DNA from: a virus
Lineage: Duplodnaviria > Caudoviricetes
IMG/VR virus record: IMGVR_UViG_3300037461_001120
Coordinates: 1-45,737 of that record
Reading direction: 5' to 3' (one strand)
Length of the DNA stretch: 45,737 nt
Shown here one piece after another: positions 15,064 to 25,701 of the stretch (the first letter of the stretch is position 1; each line of letters begins with the position of its first letter). The translations under genes were made by a program, and so were the position numbers. The notes beneath the pieces are model-generated. The model searched no databases. It saw only the letters and a list, made by a program, of their open reading frames with translations, and was not told the origin of the DNA.

Positions 15064-18000
15064 CAGTCCTCCTCTTCCGGCAGCAGCCGGTACTCCTTGA
15101 CCGCTTCCTCGAAAGCCTGCTTTTCCTCCGGCGACACCGACGGGTCGTTGCGGACCATTTCCGCATAGGCCTTGCGTTGCCGGGTGCTCTGGCAGTAGGC
15201 CATGTTGCTAACCAGGGCGAACTTCGACGACTTGGCCAATGTCTGCTTGTACTGGTATCTGAATTGGGCTTTGCGGTACCTCTTGGGGTCGATCAGCTTG
15301 TCATCGACCAGCTGGTCGTAGAGGCGGTCCACGTCGGATTCGACGTACTCCCCGCCGGCCTGGTCGGCGTGCCGGGTGATCGCCTTCGAGCGCCCGTCCT
15401 GCTCCAGGGCCTCCTGGTAGGCAACCTCGTCCGCCTTCGCCTGCGCCCACTCCGACTCCCCGCGGGAGGTCGTGCCCATAAACCCGCCAACAGGGTTGAA
15501 CGGCGATTTCATGAGGTTCTCGGCGGTCGAGTTGCCGGAGGGGCCCCCGAAAACCGGCGCCAACCACTTCTCCGCCCCGGTCGTTTGCAGGCCGTACCGC
15601 AGGATGTCAGACAGGGCAGCCGTGGGACTGCCGGCCTTCCATTGGTCTTCGGCCCTGCGGGACACCACCGGCCGGCCGAAGGTGTCCTTGAGGTTGACCC
15701 CGAACGCCCCCCACGCGGCCGTCGTGTAGATGAAGTCGGCCACGCCCCCGGGTTTGTAGGGGTACACCTGCTTCATGGCGAGATCCTGGATGTCCTTGAA
15801 ATATTCGGTGGCCGACAGGCTCTTGTCCCGGCCGGAAACCAAGTGTCCAAAGTACTTGATGGTGTCGTGCATCATGGTCTGAATATACTGCCCCTCGTGG
15901 TCCTGGTCGAACCCGACGAAAAACCCCTTGTCGCCCTCCGGGCCGAAGTCGCCGCCCAGGGGGATGATCATGCCCTTCCGGCGGAGTTCGTACTCGGGGA
16001 TGTGCCCGTAAAGCCCCCGGGCCTCTTCTTGCGCGTCGGGGCCGAACAGGCCGTAGAGGGCCCCGGCCAGCATGATGGTCGGGACTGATTGCGCCAACTG
16101 GTACAGGGCGAAGTTCCCGGGATTCTGCTTGGCCTGCGTCCACGCGCTCATCAGGCCGTTCTTGGCAATGTTGGAGTACATGAAGACGTTGTTGGTCAGG
16201 GGTTGCGCCGTCCCGCTGGCCAGGTAGTCCGGCGTCCCGACGTGGTTGCGGACCCGCATGGCGAGGGCGGGCCCCTTGAGGCCGGCCTGCTTGAGCATTT
16301 TGTACCCGGTGAGCTTGGTTACCATGTCACTCACGTCGCCGAGCGCCATGAGGGTTTCGATCAGGTTCCCGCCGGTCTTCTCCGAGATCCCGGCCTTATC
16401 AAAGAGGAACCCCAGACCGATCCAGTGCTTCATTTTCTCACCGAGGGTCCGGTCGGTGACCCCGGCAAGGTGCTCGCCGTAGGAGGCCATTGCCTTCTCC
16501 AGGGAGTTCGCCCGAACCGGGTCCAGAAGTTTCGCCCACGAGGTTTTCGGGGTGATGGCGCCCGCCTTGATGGCGTCGGTGAGGTCGAAGTCGTTGACCA
16601 CCCCCCGGAACCGATATTTCAGGACCGCCGGCAGAACCGACACCCACGTCTTCATGTACTCGAGGGGGTGCTTCCCGATTTCGGGATTCTTCTTTAAGGT
16701 GGACAAAGAATCCTTCCACACGTTGCGGAACATCCACTGGAGACTGATCGCGTACTGGAGGGCGCGGATCGGCTTGTTCATGCGGCCGATGGCGTCCAGG
16801 GTCTTCTCCCAGCTGGCCCCCCAGGTCTTGTTGTTGAGCGAGGCCTCGATGATCTCCGGGACCATGTACTCGACCTTCTTGCCCTTGTCCAGGTGGAACA
16901 TCTTGACGTAACCCGGCCGGTACTTCAGGGGCAGGTGGGGGTTGACGTCGTAGATCACCCGTTGCATGGACTCCGGGATGTAAGTCTTGGTGAACTCATA
17001 GAAAGAGCGTTTCGCCTGGTTCAGGATCGCGGCCTCGATCAGCTTCAGGTCGTGCGCCGGGAGGGTGAACAAGGGGTTGTTGATGTCCTTCATGTTCCCG
17101 ATCTTGCGGAAGACATGCGCGGTCGGCTGGGGGTTGACGGACGTGCTCTGGGGGGCGTAGTACTCGGTGGTTTCCATTGCCCTCAGGATGGCGTCGTTGT
17201 GGGTGCCGGACTTGCGCAGCAACGGGAAGACGTAATCGTGCCGCAACTGGCGCCACGTTCTCCACTGGTGCTCCAGGTCCGCGTAGGCCTTGTCGCCGAT
17301 CTGCTCCCGGATTTGCTTCTGGATCTTCACGCTTTCCTTTGGCCCGATGCCCTGCGTATTGATGTCGAACTTGCGGGTGGTTTCGATTGACTTCAGGATC
17401 GACCAGAACCCGAGGAGTTGGGCTCCCTTGACGGTATGCACCGTACCGTCGAACTCGGTGAGGCGGACCTCGGGCAGTTTCTCCGCGGCGCGGAACACGT
17501 TACGGTTGAACCCATCGTAGTAGAGGAACGCGATGTCGTGGATGTGGCAGATCCTCTCGAGGTCGTTGATCAGGGCCTCGCCCCGGGCGCCCAGCATCCG
17601 GCGGGCCAGTTCCTTCTGCTTTTCGTTCCAGTTGGGCCCCTCGGCTTTCTCGATCTCGTGCATGGCCTGCTGGGTGGTTTCCTTCACGAGGCCCCGGAGG
17701 GCGGCGTGCCGGTGGAGCAGGGCCCGCTTGGTCGCGGTTATGGTCTCCCGGTTGTTCTCGTAGAAACCTGCCTCGCGGTCCTTGGTGGCGGCCCGCAGAT
17801 ACCACAGGCGCTCTTCCTCCGCCTTCTCCCGGGCAGCCGCGCCCTTTTCCGCCATCATTCCCATGCCCTTCAGCAGGTGGGCCCCCGCGATCTCCGGGAT
17901 CTTGTCGCCGGCCACGAATCCGAGGGTGGCGTCGATGAGTTCCGCGAAAGCGGGGTTCTTGGCAAGGTGGGCCTCCCACAGTCTCACGGCGTCGCCCGCA

Positions 18001-21000
18001 ATGGCGCGGGCCGAGGCGTAGTCGGAGAAGTAGGCCGCGCCGAAATCGGCGTAGAGTTCCTGGTCCGACTCCCGGTAGTCGCGGTCGCGCATCCCCATTC
18101 TCTCCCTGGTGGAGGACGAGAGGGCGATCAGTTGCTTCCGGATCTCGTTGTAGGACACCCAGCCCTCCGCCCGCATCCGCAGGTCGAACTCGTCCTGGAG
18201 GTCGTGGAGTTGGCTTTCCAGCAGTTTTTGCCCCTTGTGCTTTGCGTACCGAGCCTTCAGTTCGTTCCAGATCTCGAGGGCCCGCTTGATGTTCATGGGC
18301 CGGGAGGGGTCCAGGGAGACGGCGAGACGGTTCGGGTTGATGGTCTCCCGGCGCCACCCCGTGACCTTGCCGGTCGGCGACAGGACGGCCGCCATCTCGG
18401 CGCGGGTCTGCGTCAGCATGTCAAGCAGGGTGCCGGCGGCGGATCCCGCCTGCTTGGTCCCCTGCGGCATGTAGGTGTCGGCGTGGAACACCTCGTGGAA
18501 CAGGACCGAGGAGAGGTACTGGGGGTCTCGGTAGTAGGCGGAAAATTTCTCGCCTCCGCCCTTGGGCCCATAGTCCACGATGTCGAAAACGATGTTGGCC
18601 GGGTCGGCTCCGCTCTTCTTGATCGCTTCCTCGAGCACTTGCATTGCGTCGGAGAGAAACCCTCCCCACCCCGCCCGGTTTTTCGGCAGGGCCATCGTCA
18701 TGACCCGCTCGCCGGCCGCGAGGTCTCGCGTGAGGCCGATGCGGATCAGGGACTTCGCCCTCGGGGCGTCGTCGGGGTAGGCCTGCATGATACCCTCGAT
18801 CAGGCCGGTTGCTCCCCGCTGAAGCTCCGCGGCGTTGCGACGGACCACGATGTCGGCGAAGGGTCCGCCGAGGCGGGTCGCGATCAGGTAGGCCGCCGCC
18901 GGGGAAAGGCTCCGGCCCTCGTTTTCGGGCCGATGCCGGTTTCGGCTCCGTTCCCAGGAGTCGGAAATGGCGCCCGCAACGCGGTCGGAGTTCTCCTCGA
19001 TCTCTTCCGGGGTCATGGGCTTTCGGCGGGGTTGCGCCTTGGTGGACCTCTGGACCCCAACCTGGATCTCCACGCCCTGGCCAACGCGGAACTCGACCCC
19101 TTCCCCGGAGGCCGGCAGGTTTTCCTCCTGCTCCTTCCAGTATGGCTCCGGGTCGATTCCCTCCCTCCTCAGTATGTCGTCGATCTGCTCCCGCTCGGAC
19201 CGCTTGGTGGCGAAGGATTCCCGGTCCACCCGGAGCCGCTCCCCGGGGCGCACCATCTGAAACCCGTAGGCGTCAGAGTGCAGGATCGCATACCCGGCCT
19301 GCTCTGTATATCCGTCGTACACCTCCACCCTTTGGCCGTTGACCGAGAAGTAATCCCCTGTCCTCAGCAGGGCGGGGTCCAGCGCTTGCCGGAACTCATG
19401 CTCACGATCCTTCCCGGAAAAGGTGTCGATGCGGAACTGGCGTTCCATCCGCTTGCTTTTCGCGCCCTCGTCCTCTGCGCCACGCTCCCGCTTGAACTGA
19501 CGGACCTCTTTCTCCAGCAGGCGGATGAAGTCGCCTTCCTCCCCGACCCACCCGGTCTCCCTCCGGTAGGATTCGGCCAGTTGATCCCAGGTGCTTGCCC
19601 CCGAATTTCGACTGTAGACGATCGAGTTCAGCTTGAACTCACCTTGCAATTCGGCACGCAAACCCGAAATGGCGTCGAAGGCGGCCGGAACGCCCGGGAG
19701 GTTCGCGCCTTTCCCCTTTGCTTCCTTCCGGTGGGTTGCCTCGGACTTGACCCCGCCATGTTGCTTCACGAAATTCAGGACCGGGAACAGCGACCAGTCC
19801 ACCGGCCCCTTTTCCCGGGGGGTGTATTCCATCTCCTTGTAGACCATCTGCTTGGACCTGGCCGTGGGAGCGGACTTCTCCACTTCGGCGAGATCGGGAA
19901 CCTCTCCCGAGCGCAACGCCCCGAGAATGGCGTCGTTAATGTGCCGGCGGCCCAACTGGATGTCGATCCGCCGCTCGTACTGTTCCAGGGTCATGGACTC
20001 ACGGTCCAGCTTGTCGAGGCCTTCCGCCTCCATGCGCAGGTCGAACAGGCGTTTGTAAAACGGCCTGAGCTTGAGTTGCAGATCCTCTCTCGCCTGTGCT
20101 TCTCTTTGTTGTGCGCGGCCTTCCTCGACGTAGTCGGCCAGTTCCTTGAGCCGTTGGATCTCTTCCTCGATTGACTCCCGCCCATCCTTTTCCCGCATCG
20201 CGTTCTCGAGGTTGTGCTCGAACTCACCGAAAAGCTCAATATCCCCCGGAGCCTCGACCGCAGCACCCCCAAACTCCCCGAGTTTTCGGATGTCGGTGAA
20301 TACCTCCGCGGTCCTGGGGTCGCCCTCCTTCAGGATCTTTTCCGCGAGATTCCACTGCTCTTTCGGGAATTGCAGTATGTGGGGGTTCCCCTCGAGCAAC
20401 TCAGCGGCCCGGTTGGCCACGCTCTTCGCCCAGATCAGGGCGTGCTCCGCGTCTTCCGGCACGCCGAGTTCCCGGGTCCAAGTCTCGTAGGACGGCATGT
20501 CCTCGCCCAGGAACAGGCCCCGGTGCTCCACGCCCAACTGGGACTCCATTGCCGTCCGCATGACCGGGATGGTGGACTGGAGCACGATGTCCCCCGACTC
20601 CTCGGCGACCCGTGCCAACTGGTCCAGGACCTTCTCGGGAACGTGGTAGGCCTCCCCCCGCTCGAGGGCCTCGGAGAATCGGTTGACCTGGATCTCAGCC
20701 CACTTCTGCTGAAGTTCCAGGGACGGAGCGGGGTTGTCGGGGAACTCCTTCAGCCAGGCCTCGAACTCCGGCGCCACGTTCTCCCCGGGCCTGACGGCCC
20801 GAGGGGTCAGGCCCTCCCCGTAGGGCTTGAGCTTCGGCTCCGCGGGGGGCGAAGCCTCGGGGGAGGCCTCGGGGGCAGGCCCAAGGTCGGCCGGGGGCGA
20901 CTCCACCACGAAGGGTTCGACGTTCTCGATAGAGGCCCTCTGGAGGTCGGAGATGGCGCGGGAGGACTGGTCAAAGCCCTTGCGCCAGTTGTCGATCATT

Positions 21001-23324
21001 GCCGCACGGTGCATGCCCTTGGCAGAGGGGAAAATGTTCTTGGTTGTAAGGTCCCAGTGCCGCTCCGCCCACCACTTCAGGGCCGTGAGGCGGTGCTTCA
21101 TGTCATTAACCAAAACTCTTTCATCTAATTTTAATTCGGTTGCGTCCTTGATTAGATTCGAGACAATCACGTCATAATTGTAATCTTCGGACTCAAAGAG
21201 TTTTTTTATGTTCTCGTACTCCTTGAGGGCATTCTTCCCGGTCTGGTAGTCGTCGTAGATTTTCTTCGCCCTGCTGGCATGGTGGAACAGCACCAAACCT
21301 CCGAACTCCCCAACGTCCCGCGCCATCTCCTCGGAGAAACCCGGGATCTGCTCAAGGCCGAGCGCGGTGATCCTGCTCGCGGCCTGGATGGCGAAGCGGA
21401 ACGGCCGGCCGGCCTCCGGGTCGCCGTGGATCGTGCGGCCGATCATGAGCGATCCCAACTCGTCCACGGCCTCCATCGTGGCGAACCCGGCAGCCCCCCG
21501 GAAGGCATAGCGCCCGAACTGGAGGTTGGCGATGCGGCTTGCCGTGGACACGGCGGCGCCGGCCGGCGTGACGACCGGGATGAAGGGCAGCACGTCCATC
21601 GCGATCCCCACCCCGTGCCGGACGGAGCGGGACAGGTGTTGCTTCCACTTGCCAAGGTCGATCAGCTTCTCATACTTCTTGTCCAGATCACCTGTAAGGC
21701 TAAAACTCGCAAAATAATCCAAGTCTTGGGCCAGCGTCCCGAAATCTTCGGCCTCCTGGAGGACGTTCCCGTAGAACTCGTCCGGCAGGGTCTTCATGCC
21801 GATGTTGCCCGCTACCCGATTGGCCCACAGGTCCGCGGCGAGAACCGCTCGCTGAATGTTACGCTTGCCCATGCCGATGAACGTGCCAATGACCGGGATG
21901 TTCTCGCCCCACCCCTTCGAGGCCTCGGCGGCCTCCTTCATGCGCTCCGCGAGGATCTTCTCGTTCTCTGTCGGGAGGCTCACGCCGATTGCCCGCGCCA
22001 TGACCTCGGTCTCGTAAGACTTTTTGTAGGCGGCATACTGCGAGGGGTCTGTGGGGGTCGGGATGCCAAACAGGTCCGGTGGCCCCCAGACCGCCGCGGA
22101 GGGGAGGCCCATGTCGCGGAAGGGGCGGATCTGCTCGTCGGGAACCCACTGGTTCCCCTCCTTTTTCTTTCCGTACCGGCCCACGGCCTCGAACCCGGGT
22201 AGCTCGTAGTACCACCCGTTGTTCGCCGTCATCACCTGCGCCGACTTTCCGTCAGGAGACAGCGTCACGGGGAGGCGGGCCTCCTCCATCCCGGGGTGCC
22301 GGAAGGTCTTGGTGGGGACTCTTGAGATCCTGAAATCCCCCTTCTTCGCCTGCCGGTGCGCCTCGTTCTCGTTCCAGTAGATCGTCGCCGGCCCGTCGAT
22401 CCCCACGGGTTCCACGAAGTAGACGTAGGGGTCTTCCTTGTTGGGTCGGATCTTCGAGCGGGCCTCGGCCTCGTTCATCAGGACGGTGTTGCCGGCCTCC
22501 ATGAACTTGTCGGCGAAGGCCGAGGCGGAGTCCTCCCCATAGAAGGCCTTCAGGTCTTTCATCGAGAGGGCCTCGGGCCTGTCCGGCGCCACGGTGCGGT
22601 GAACGTCGTAGAGACGGAGGCGGGTCGCCGTGTCGGTGTCCTTCGCCACGGTTCCGATGTCCTGGAGATTTACCCTCACACTCGGGAGGGTGGCCGCGTA
22701 CTCCAGGGCCTGCCGGTATTTTTCAGGGTCGCCACCCACGGCCCTGAACAGCGTGGAGGCGCTGATCTCGACGCGCCCCGCCATGTTGGCCATCTGGTCC
22801 AGCTTGCCGAGGAACTCCGAGTCGGATTGCCCCCTCTTGGGCCGCGGGCCGACGCCGCTTTTGCCGAGGGCTCGTTCCCTGAAAGACCTCTCGGGGCTGT
22901 CTTTCTCCCCTTCCGGCAGTGCCTCGATCTCATCCCGGAAGCGCTCCTGCTCGGCGTAGTAGGCGTCTGCATCCCAGACCGTGTTCTTCTTGCCCCCGGG
23001 GCCGGATTCGGTCCTGACCTGCCTGGCGGGGTCGATGGGGGTCGTTAGGCGGCCCATATCGACCGTGGACTTTGCGGGAACCTGCAACGACTTCGCAACA
23101 CCCGACATCAACGCGAGCGTGCCGGAACCCGTTGATGCCGCCGGCACTCCCGGGAGAGCTTTCCCCTGCTGGTCTCCCCAGTCCGGCATGTCGGAAAACT
23201 GGGTTTCGGTCGGACCAAGTCGCTTCACGACCGCTTCCGAGTATTCCGGGTTAGACTTGTAGGTCTCGCCCAGTCTCAGCATGGCGGGGTCGCGTAAGAA
23301 CTTGAAATACTTGGAGATTTCCAT
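15063..23324 (-). CDS. Giant internal-virion / ejection polyvalent protein (2753 aa) with a zincin HExxH motif
   Basis: Position after two smaller ejection-like genes; VLFHEVFH plus downstream ELYAD; hydrophobic C-terminal region reminiscent of LPD38-type domains. Confidence 0.75.
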   Translation of the reverse strand: MEISKYFKFLRDPAMLRLGETYKSNPEYSEAVVKRLGPTETQFSDMPDWGDQQGKALPGVPAASTGSGTLALMSGVAKSLQVPAKSTVDMGRLTTPIDPARQVRTESGPGGKKNTVWDADAYYAEQERFRDEIEALPEGEKDSPERSFRERALGKSGVGPRPKRGQSDSEFLGKLDQMANMAGRVEISASTLFRAVGGDPEKYRQALEYAATLPSVRVNLQDIGTVAKDTDTATRLRLYDVHRTVAPDRPEALSMKDLKAFYGEDSASAFADKFMEAGNTVLMNEAEARSKIRPNKEDPYVYFVEPVGIDGPATIYWNENEAHRQAKKGDFRISRVPTKTFRHPGMEEARLPVTLSPDGKSAQVMTANNGWYYELPGFEAVGRYGKKKEGNQWVPDEQIRPFRDMGLPSAAVWGPPDLFGIPTPTDPSQYAAYKKSYETEVMARAIGVSLPTENEKILAERMKEAAEASKGWGENIPVIGTFIGMGKRNIQRAVLAADLWANRVAGNIGMKTLPDEFYGNVLQEAEDFGTLAQDLDYFASFSLTGDLDKKYEKLIDLGKWKQHLSRSVRHGVGIAMDVLPFIPVVTPAGAAVSTASRIANLQFGRYAFRGAAGFATMEAVDELGSLMIGRTIHGDPEAGRPFRFAIQAASRITALGLEQIPGFSEEMARDVGEFGGLVLFHHASRAKKIYDDYQTGKNALKEYENIKKLFESEDYNYDVIVSNLIKDATELKLDERVLVNDMKHRLTALKWWAERHWDLTTKNIFPSAKGMHRAAMIDNWRKGFDQSSRAISDLQRASIENVEPFVVESPPADLGPAPEASPEASPPAEPKLKPYGEGLTPRAVRPGENVAPEFEAWLKEFPDNPAPSLELQQKWAEIQVNRFSEALERGEAYHVPEKVLDQLARVAEESGDIVLQSTIPVMRTAMESQLGVEHRGLFLGEDMPSYETWTRELGVPEDAEHALIWAKSVANRAAELLEGNPHILQFPKEQWNLAEKILKEGDPRTAEVFTDIRKLGEFGGAAVEAPGDIELFGEFEHNLENAMREKDGRESIEEEIQRLKELADYVEEGRAQQREAQAREDLQLKLRPFYKRLFDLRMEAEGLDKLDRESMTLEQYERRIDIQLGRRHINDAILGALRSGEVPDLAEVEKSAPTARSKQMVYKEMEYTPREKGPVDWSLFPVLNFVKQHGGVKSEATHRKEAKGKGANLPGVPAAFDAISGLRAELQGEFKLNSIVYSRNSGASTWDQLAESYRRETGWVGEEGDFIRLLEKEVRQFKRERGAEDEGAKSKRMERQFRIDTFSGKDREHEFRQALDPALLRTGDYFSVNGQRVEVYDGYTEQAGYAILHSDAYGFQMVRPGERLRVDRESFATKRSEREQIDDILRREGIDPEPYWKEQEENLPASGEGVEFRVGQGVEIQVGVQRSTKAQPRRKPMTPEEIEENSDRVAGAISDSWERSRNRHRPENEGRSLSPAAAYLIATRLGGPFADIVVRRNAAELQRGATGLIEGIMQAYPDDAPRAKSLIRIGLTRDLAAGERVMTMALPKNRAGWGGFLSDAMQVLEEAIKKSGADPANIVFDIVDYGPKGGGEKFSAYYRDPQYLSSVLFHEVFHADTYMPQGTKQAGSAAGTLLDMLTQTRAEMAAVLSPTGKVTGWRRETINPNRLAVSLDPSRPMNIKRALEIWNELKARYAKHKGQKLLESQLHDLQDEFDLRMRAEGWVSYNEIRKQLIALSSSTRERMGMRDRDYRESDQELYADFGAAYFSDYASARAIAGDAVRLWEAHLAKNPAFAELIDATLGFVAGDKIPEIAGAHLLKGMGMMAEKGAAAREKAEEERLWYLRAATKDREAGFYENNRETITATKRALLHRHAALRGLVKETTQQAMHEIEKAEGPNWNEKQKELARRMLGARGEALINDLERICHIHDIAFLYYDGFNRNVFRAAEKLPEVRLTEFDGTVHTVKGAQLLGFWSILKSIETTRKFDINTQGIGPKESVKIQKQIREQIGDKAYADLEHQWRTWRQLRHDYVFPLLRKSGTHNDAILRAMETTEYYAPQSTSVNPQPTAHVFRKIGNMKDINNPLFTLPAHDLKLIEAAILNQAKRSFYEFTKTYIPESMQRVIYDVNPHLPLKYRPGYVKMFHLDKGKKVEYMVPEIIEASLNNKTWGASWEKTLDAIGRMNKPIRALQYAISLQWMFRNVWKDSLSTLKKNPEIGKHPLEYMKTWVSVLPAVLKYRFRGVVNDFDLTDAIKAGAITPKTSWAKLLDPVRANSLEKAMASYGEHLAGVTDRTLGEKMKHWIGLGFLFDKAGISEKTGGNLIETLMALGDVSDMVTKLTGYKMLKQAGLKGPALAMRVRNHVGTPDYLASGTAQPLTNNVFMYSNIAKNGLMSAWTQAKQNPGNFALYQLAQSVPTIMLAGALYGLFGPDAQEEARGLYGHIPEYELRRKGMIIPLGGDFGPEGDKGFFVGFDQDHEGQYIQTMMHDTIKYFGHLVSGRDKSLSATEYFKDIQDLAMKQVYPYKPGGVADFIYTTAAWGAFGVNLKDTFGRPVVSRRAEDQWKAGSPTAALSDILRYGLQTTGAEKWLAPVFGGPSGNSTAENLMKSPFNPVGGFMGTTSRGESEWAQAKADEVAYQEALEQDGRSKAITRHADQAGGEYVESDVDRLYDQLVDDKLIDPKRYRKAQFRYQYKQTLAKSSKFALVSNMAYCQSTRQRKAYAEMVRNDPSVSPEEKQAFEEAVKEYRLLPEEED

Positions 23325-23328
23325 TCAA

Positions 23329-24282
23329 TCATCCCCCGCCGATTCCACGGAAAGAGTTTTTCGTGGTGCTTTTGTTGCCACCGCCACCAGAACCCCGATA
23401 CGGGGCGGAGGCGTCGTGGTAGGCGTCGGCTGCCCTGGCATTCTTGTAATCCAACTCGGCTTTTATTTTCTTGTCGTAGTAATCCAAATCCTTCAAGATT
23501 TTTTGGAGGCTTGCCTGAGAATATTGCAGCTTGATGATCAGGTCTTTTTTCCTGATAGGATCAAGTTCTTTATTGATTTGGAATTCATGGGACTTGATGT
23601 CGTTTTCCAGTTTTACTCTTTCCTGATTTAGCTTGTTCCATTGCATTCTGTCGTCATGCGCCTCTTCCTCTCGTTTTGCCACCTTGGGGGCTTGCAAAAG
23701 ATTGTACTCTGCCGTCTTTACATTGGCCTCCAGGCCACGGATGCGGAGCGCTTCCGCCTCCGGCGCCCGCTTCATGGCCTCCTCCGCCGCCCGGATCTCC
23801 AGCTTCTTGCGCTTGTGGTCGAGGAGTTCCTGCGCGTAGCTCATGAGTTGCGACGAGAGGGACAGCTTCCGCTCGATGTCCTTCTGGTTCGCCCCGATGG
23901 CCCCGGCGATGCTCGCCCCGAAAACCCTGTTGCCGGCGTAGGGGGACTGCAACTGCCCCTCCGCGAACCCGAGCAAAGTCTTCTGCAAGTTGCTCATGGC
24001 GGCCGCCTGGTGCTGCTGGGTGAGCCACCCCATGATCTGCTGGGAGTCGTCGAGAAGGCCGGGTTCCTCGCCCGCCTTCGCGACCTCCTGCTGGGCCTGG
24101 TCCTGGAGTTCCCGCTGGACCTCGGCGCGGATGTTCTCCTGTGGGGCCCCGGGAACGGCTGGAGCAGTGGGGTTCATCCAGAACAGGGGTTGGGCTTGCC
24201 CGGTGTAGTCCGACGCCGGCAGGAACAGGGAAGTCCCGGAGGGGTTCATCAGGTCCAGCATCATCTGCTCGTATTCGGCCAT
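23329..24282 (-). CDS. Putative ejection (DNA pilot) protein
   Basis: Q/A/E-rich coiled coil; podovirus synteny. Confidence 0.6.
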   Translation of the reverse strand: MAEYEQMMLDLMNPSGTSLFLPASDYTGQAQPLFWMNPTAPAVPGAPQENIRAEVQRELQDQAQQEVAKAGEEPGLLDDSQQIMGWLTQQHQAAAMSNLQKTLLGFAEGQLQSPYAGNRVFGASIAGAIGANQKDIERKLSLSSQLMSYAQELLDHKRKKLEIRAAEEAMKRAPEAEALRIRGLEANVKTAEYNLLQAPKVAKREEEAHDDRMQWNKLNQERVKLENDIKSHEFQINKELDPIRKKDLIIKLQYSQASLQKILKDLDYYDKKIKAELDYKNARAADAYHDASAPYRGSGGGGNKSTTKNSFRGIGGG

Positions 24283-24290
24283 GACTCACC

Positions 24291-25070
24291 TCACAGGGGG
24301 TTCGCGCCGTTGTAGTACGGACTCTGGTAGGGATTCTCGAACCCTCCGCTCAGTCCCCAGGAGAACCCCGGGGTGACGGGTTGATTGAGAAGACTCCCGC
24401 CGGCGCCAAAGCCCATGGGAGCGGCGGGGGCGGCCTGCGCGGCCTGCGCCGGACCGTTGGCCCAGTTCCCGATCATGCTTCCCCCGAGGCCCATCAGCAT
24501 CTGCCCCCAGTTGGTGCCCATCGTCGAGCGTTGCAACTGCTGGGCCTGCTGGCCGAGGGCGAGTTGCCCCTTCTGGCCGGCGGCCTGCATCGACAGGTTG
24601 CGGAGCAGGGAGGCGAACTGCTGGGAGGCCGACAGGCCGAGGGCCTTGTTCTGGTCCTGCCGCTCGTCAAACCTCTGATTGACGGACTCGATGGCCTGCC
24701 CCCGCTGGAATGCGGCCTTGGTGGCGATGTCGGTCTCGAATTTGTTTTGCACGGTCCCGGGTGTCAGGATTCCAGCGCGGGACATGGCGTTCTGGATGCG
24801 GGTCCTGGCGTCGGGGATCATGGTGTTGATCGGGGCCAGGACCTGCGAGAAGGCCTTTTGCCGGTTGGAGTCGGTGGCGGACCCCCCGCCGGCGAAGTAG
24901 TCGATCATCTGCCGCATCACGCCCTCGTAGTAGGGGTTCTGGGCGTTCTGGTACTGCTCCGAAAGCCACTGCATGGCCTCGTTGTAGTTGGACTCGTCGA
25001 TCTTCGGCCCTCCGCCCCCGAGCAGTCCGCCCAGCAACGAGGCCCCGATCCCCGCAATTGCTCCCCACAT
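24291..25070 (-). CDS. Putative ejection protein (P22 gp7-like)
   Basis: MWGAIAGIGASLLGGLLGGG N-terminus; G/Q/A-rich. Confidence 0.7.
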   Translation of the reverse strand: MWGAIAGIGASLLGGLLGGGGPKIDESNYNEAMQWLSEQYQNAQNPYYEGVMRQMIDYFAGGGSATDSNRQKAFSQVLAPINTMIPDARTRIQNAMSRAGILTPGTVQNKFETDIATKAAFQRGQAIESVNQRFDERQDQNKALGLSASQQFASLLRNLSMQAAGQKGQLALGQQAQQLQRSTMGTNWGQMLMGLGGSMIGNWANGPAQAAQAAPAAPMGFGAGGSLLNQPVTPGFSWGLSGGFENPYQSPYYNGANPL

Positions 25071-25079
25071 GGCTCCTCC

Positions 25080-25694
25080 TTACCAGGCGATCCTGATGTA
25101 GTAGACTTCCCCGGGAACCTGCGCCCCCGCATCTTCCGCCGTCGCGTAGCAGGACACGGTGTAGCTGTCCACCCCGGGGGTTAGCTGGACGATGGCCAGA
25201 TTCATGCCGGCGTCGCCCGCGCCCGACTCCAGACTGTAACCGAGGATGATCGGGCGGAACTCGGTATAACCCGACGGCAGGTCGATCGTCTCCCCGTCCA
25301 GCGCCGTGAGGGGCGCCGGGTCGAAGTAGAACAGGTCGGCGATGGAGTCGCTGAAGCCGAGGTGTTCAAGCTGGATGCACCCGGGTTGGATGTGACCCCC
25401 ATTGATGGACCGCATCTGGATCATGGACCCGCAGACCGAGGAGGCCTTCAGGGGGTCCGCCCCGCCCACAGAGTGTCGCGAGGCATGGGACGTGATCAGT
25501 GACCCGTTTGCGATCTTGGACAGGTCGATCTCTTCCCCGCCCGACGGGAAATTGAGATCGTCCAGGTTGTTGACGATGTTCTTGAGTTCCAATAGGAAGG
25601 CCGAGAGTTCTTCCTTGTTGCTCTCGGTCCATACGACGTTGCCCTCGTCGTCAACGTCGGTCGGCGCGGTATATGTTAGAGTGAATAAAGGCAT
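25080..25694 (-). CDS. Virion/tail-associated protein, paralog A
   Basis: GAGG RBS; shares motifs with 25702-26319. Confidence 0.7.
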   Translation of the reverse strand: MPLFTLTYTAPTDVDDEGNVVWTESNKEELSAFLLELKNIVNNLDDLNFPSGGEEIDLSKIANGSLITSHASRHSVGGADPLKASSVCGSMIQMRSINGGHIQPGCIQLEHLGFSDSIADLFYFDPAPLTALDGETIDLPSGYTEFRPIILGYSLESGAGDAGMNLAIVQLTPGVDSYTVSCYATAEDAGAQVPGEVYYIRIAW

Positions 25695-25701
25695 TGCAAC
25701 C

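Noticed and set aside
17418-20174. 918-aa plus-strand ORF (also 11605-13713, 32085-33869, 35357-37270, 41449-43263, 39554-40837)
   Set aside because: These are antisense shadows of well-supported minus-strand genes, expected from high-GC codon bias; they have no motifs or RBS.
23560-23588. Possible gapped self-target of array unit 4 (ATc AAg TTc TTt ATt..)
   Set aside because: Only 5 of 10 dinucleotides match before the pattern fails, which is compatible with chance. I could not do an exhaustive search by eye.
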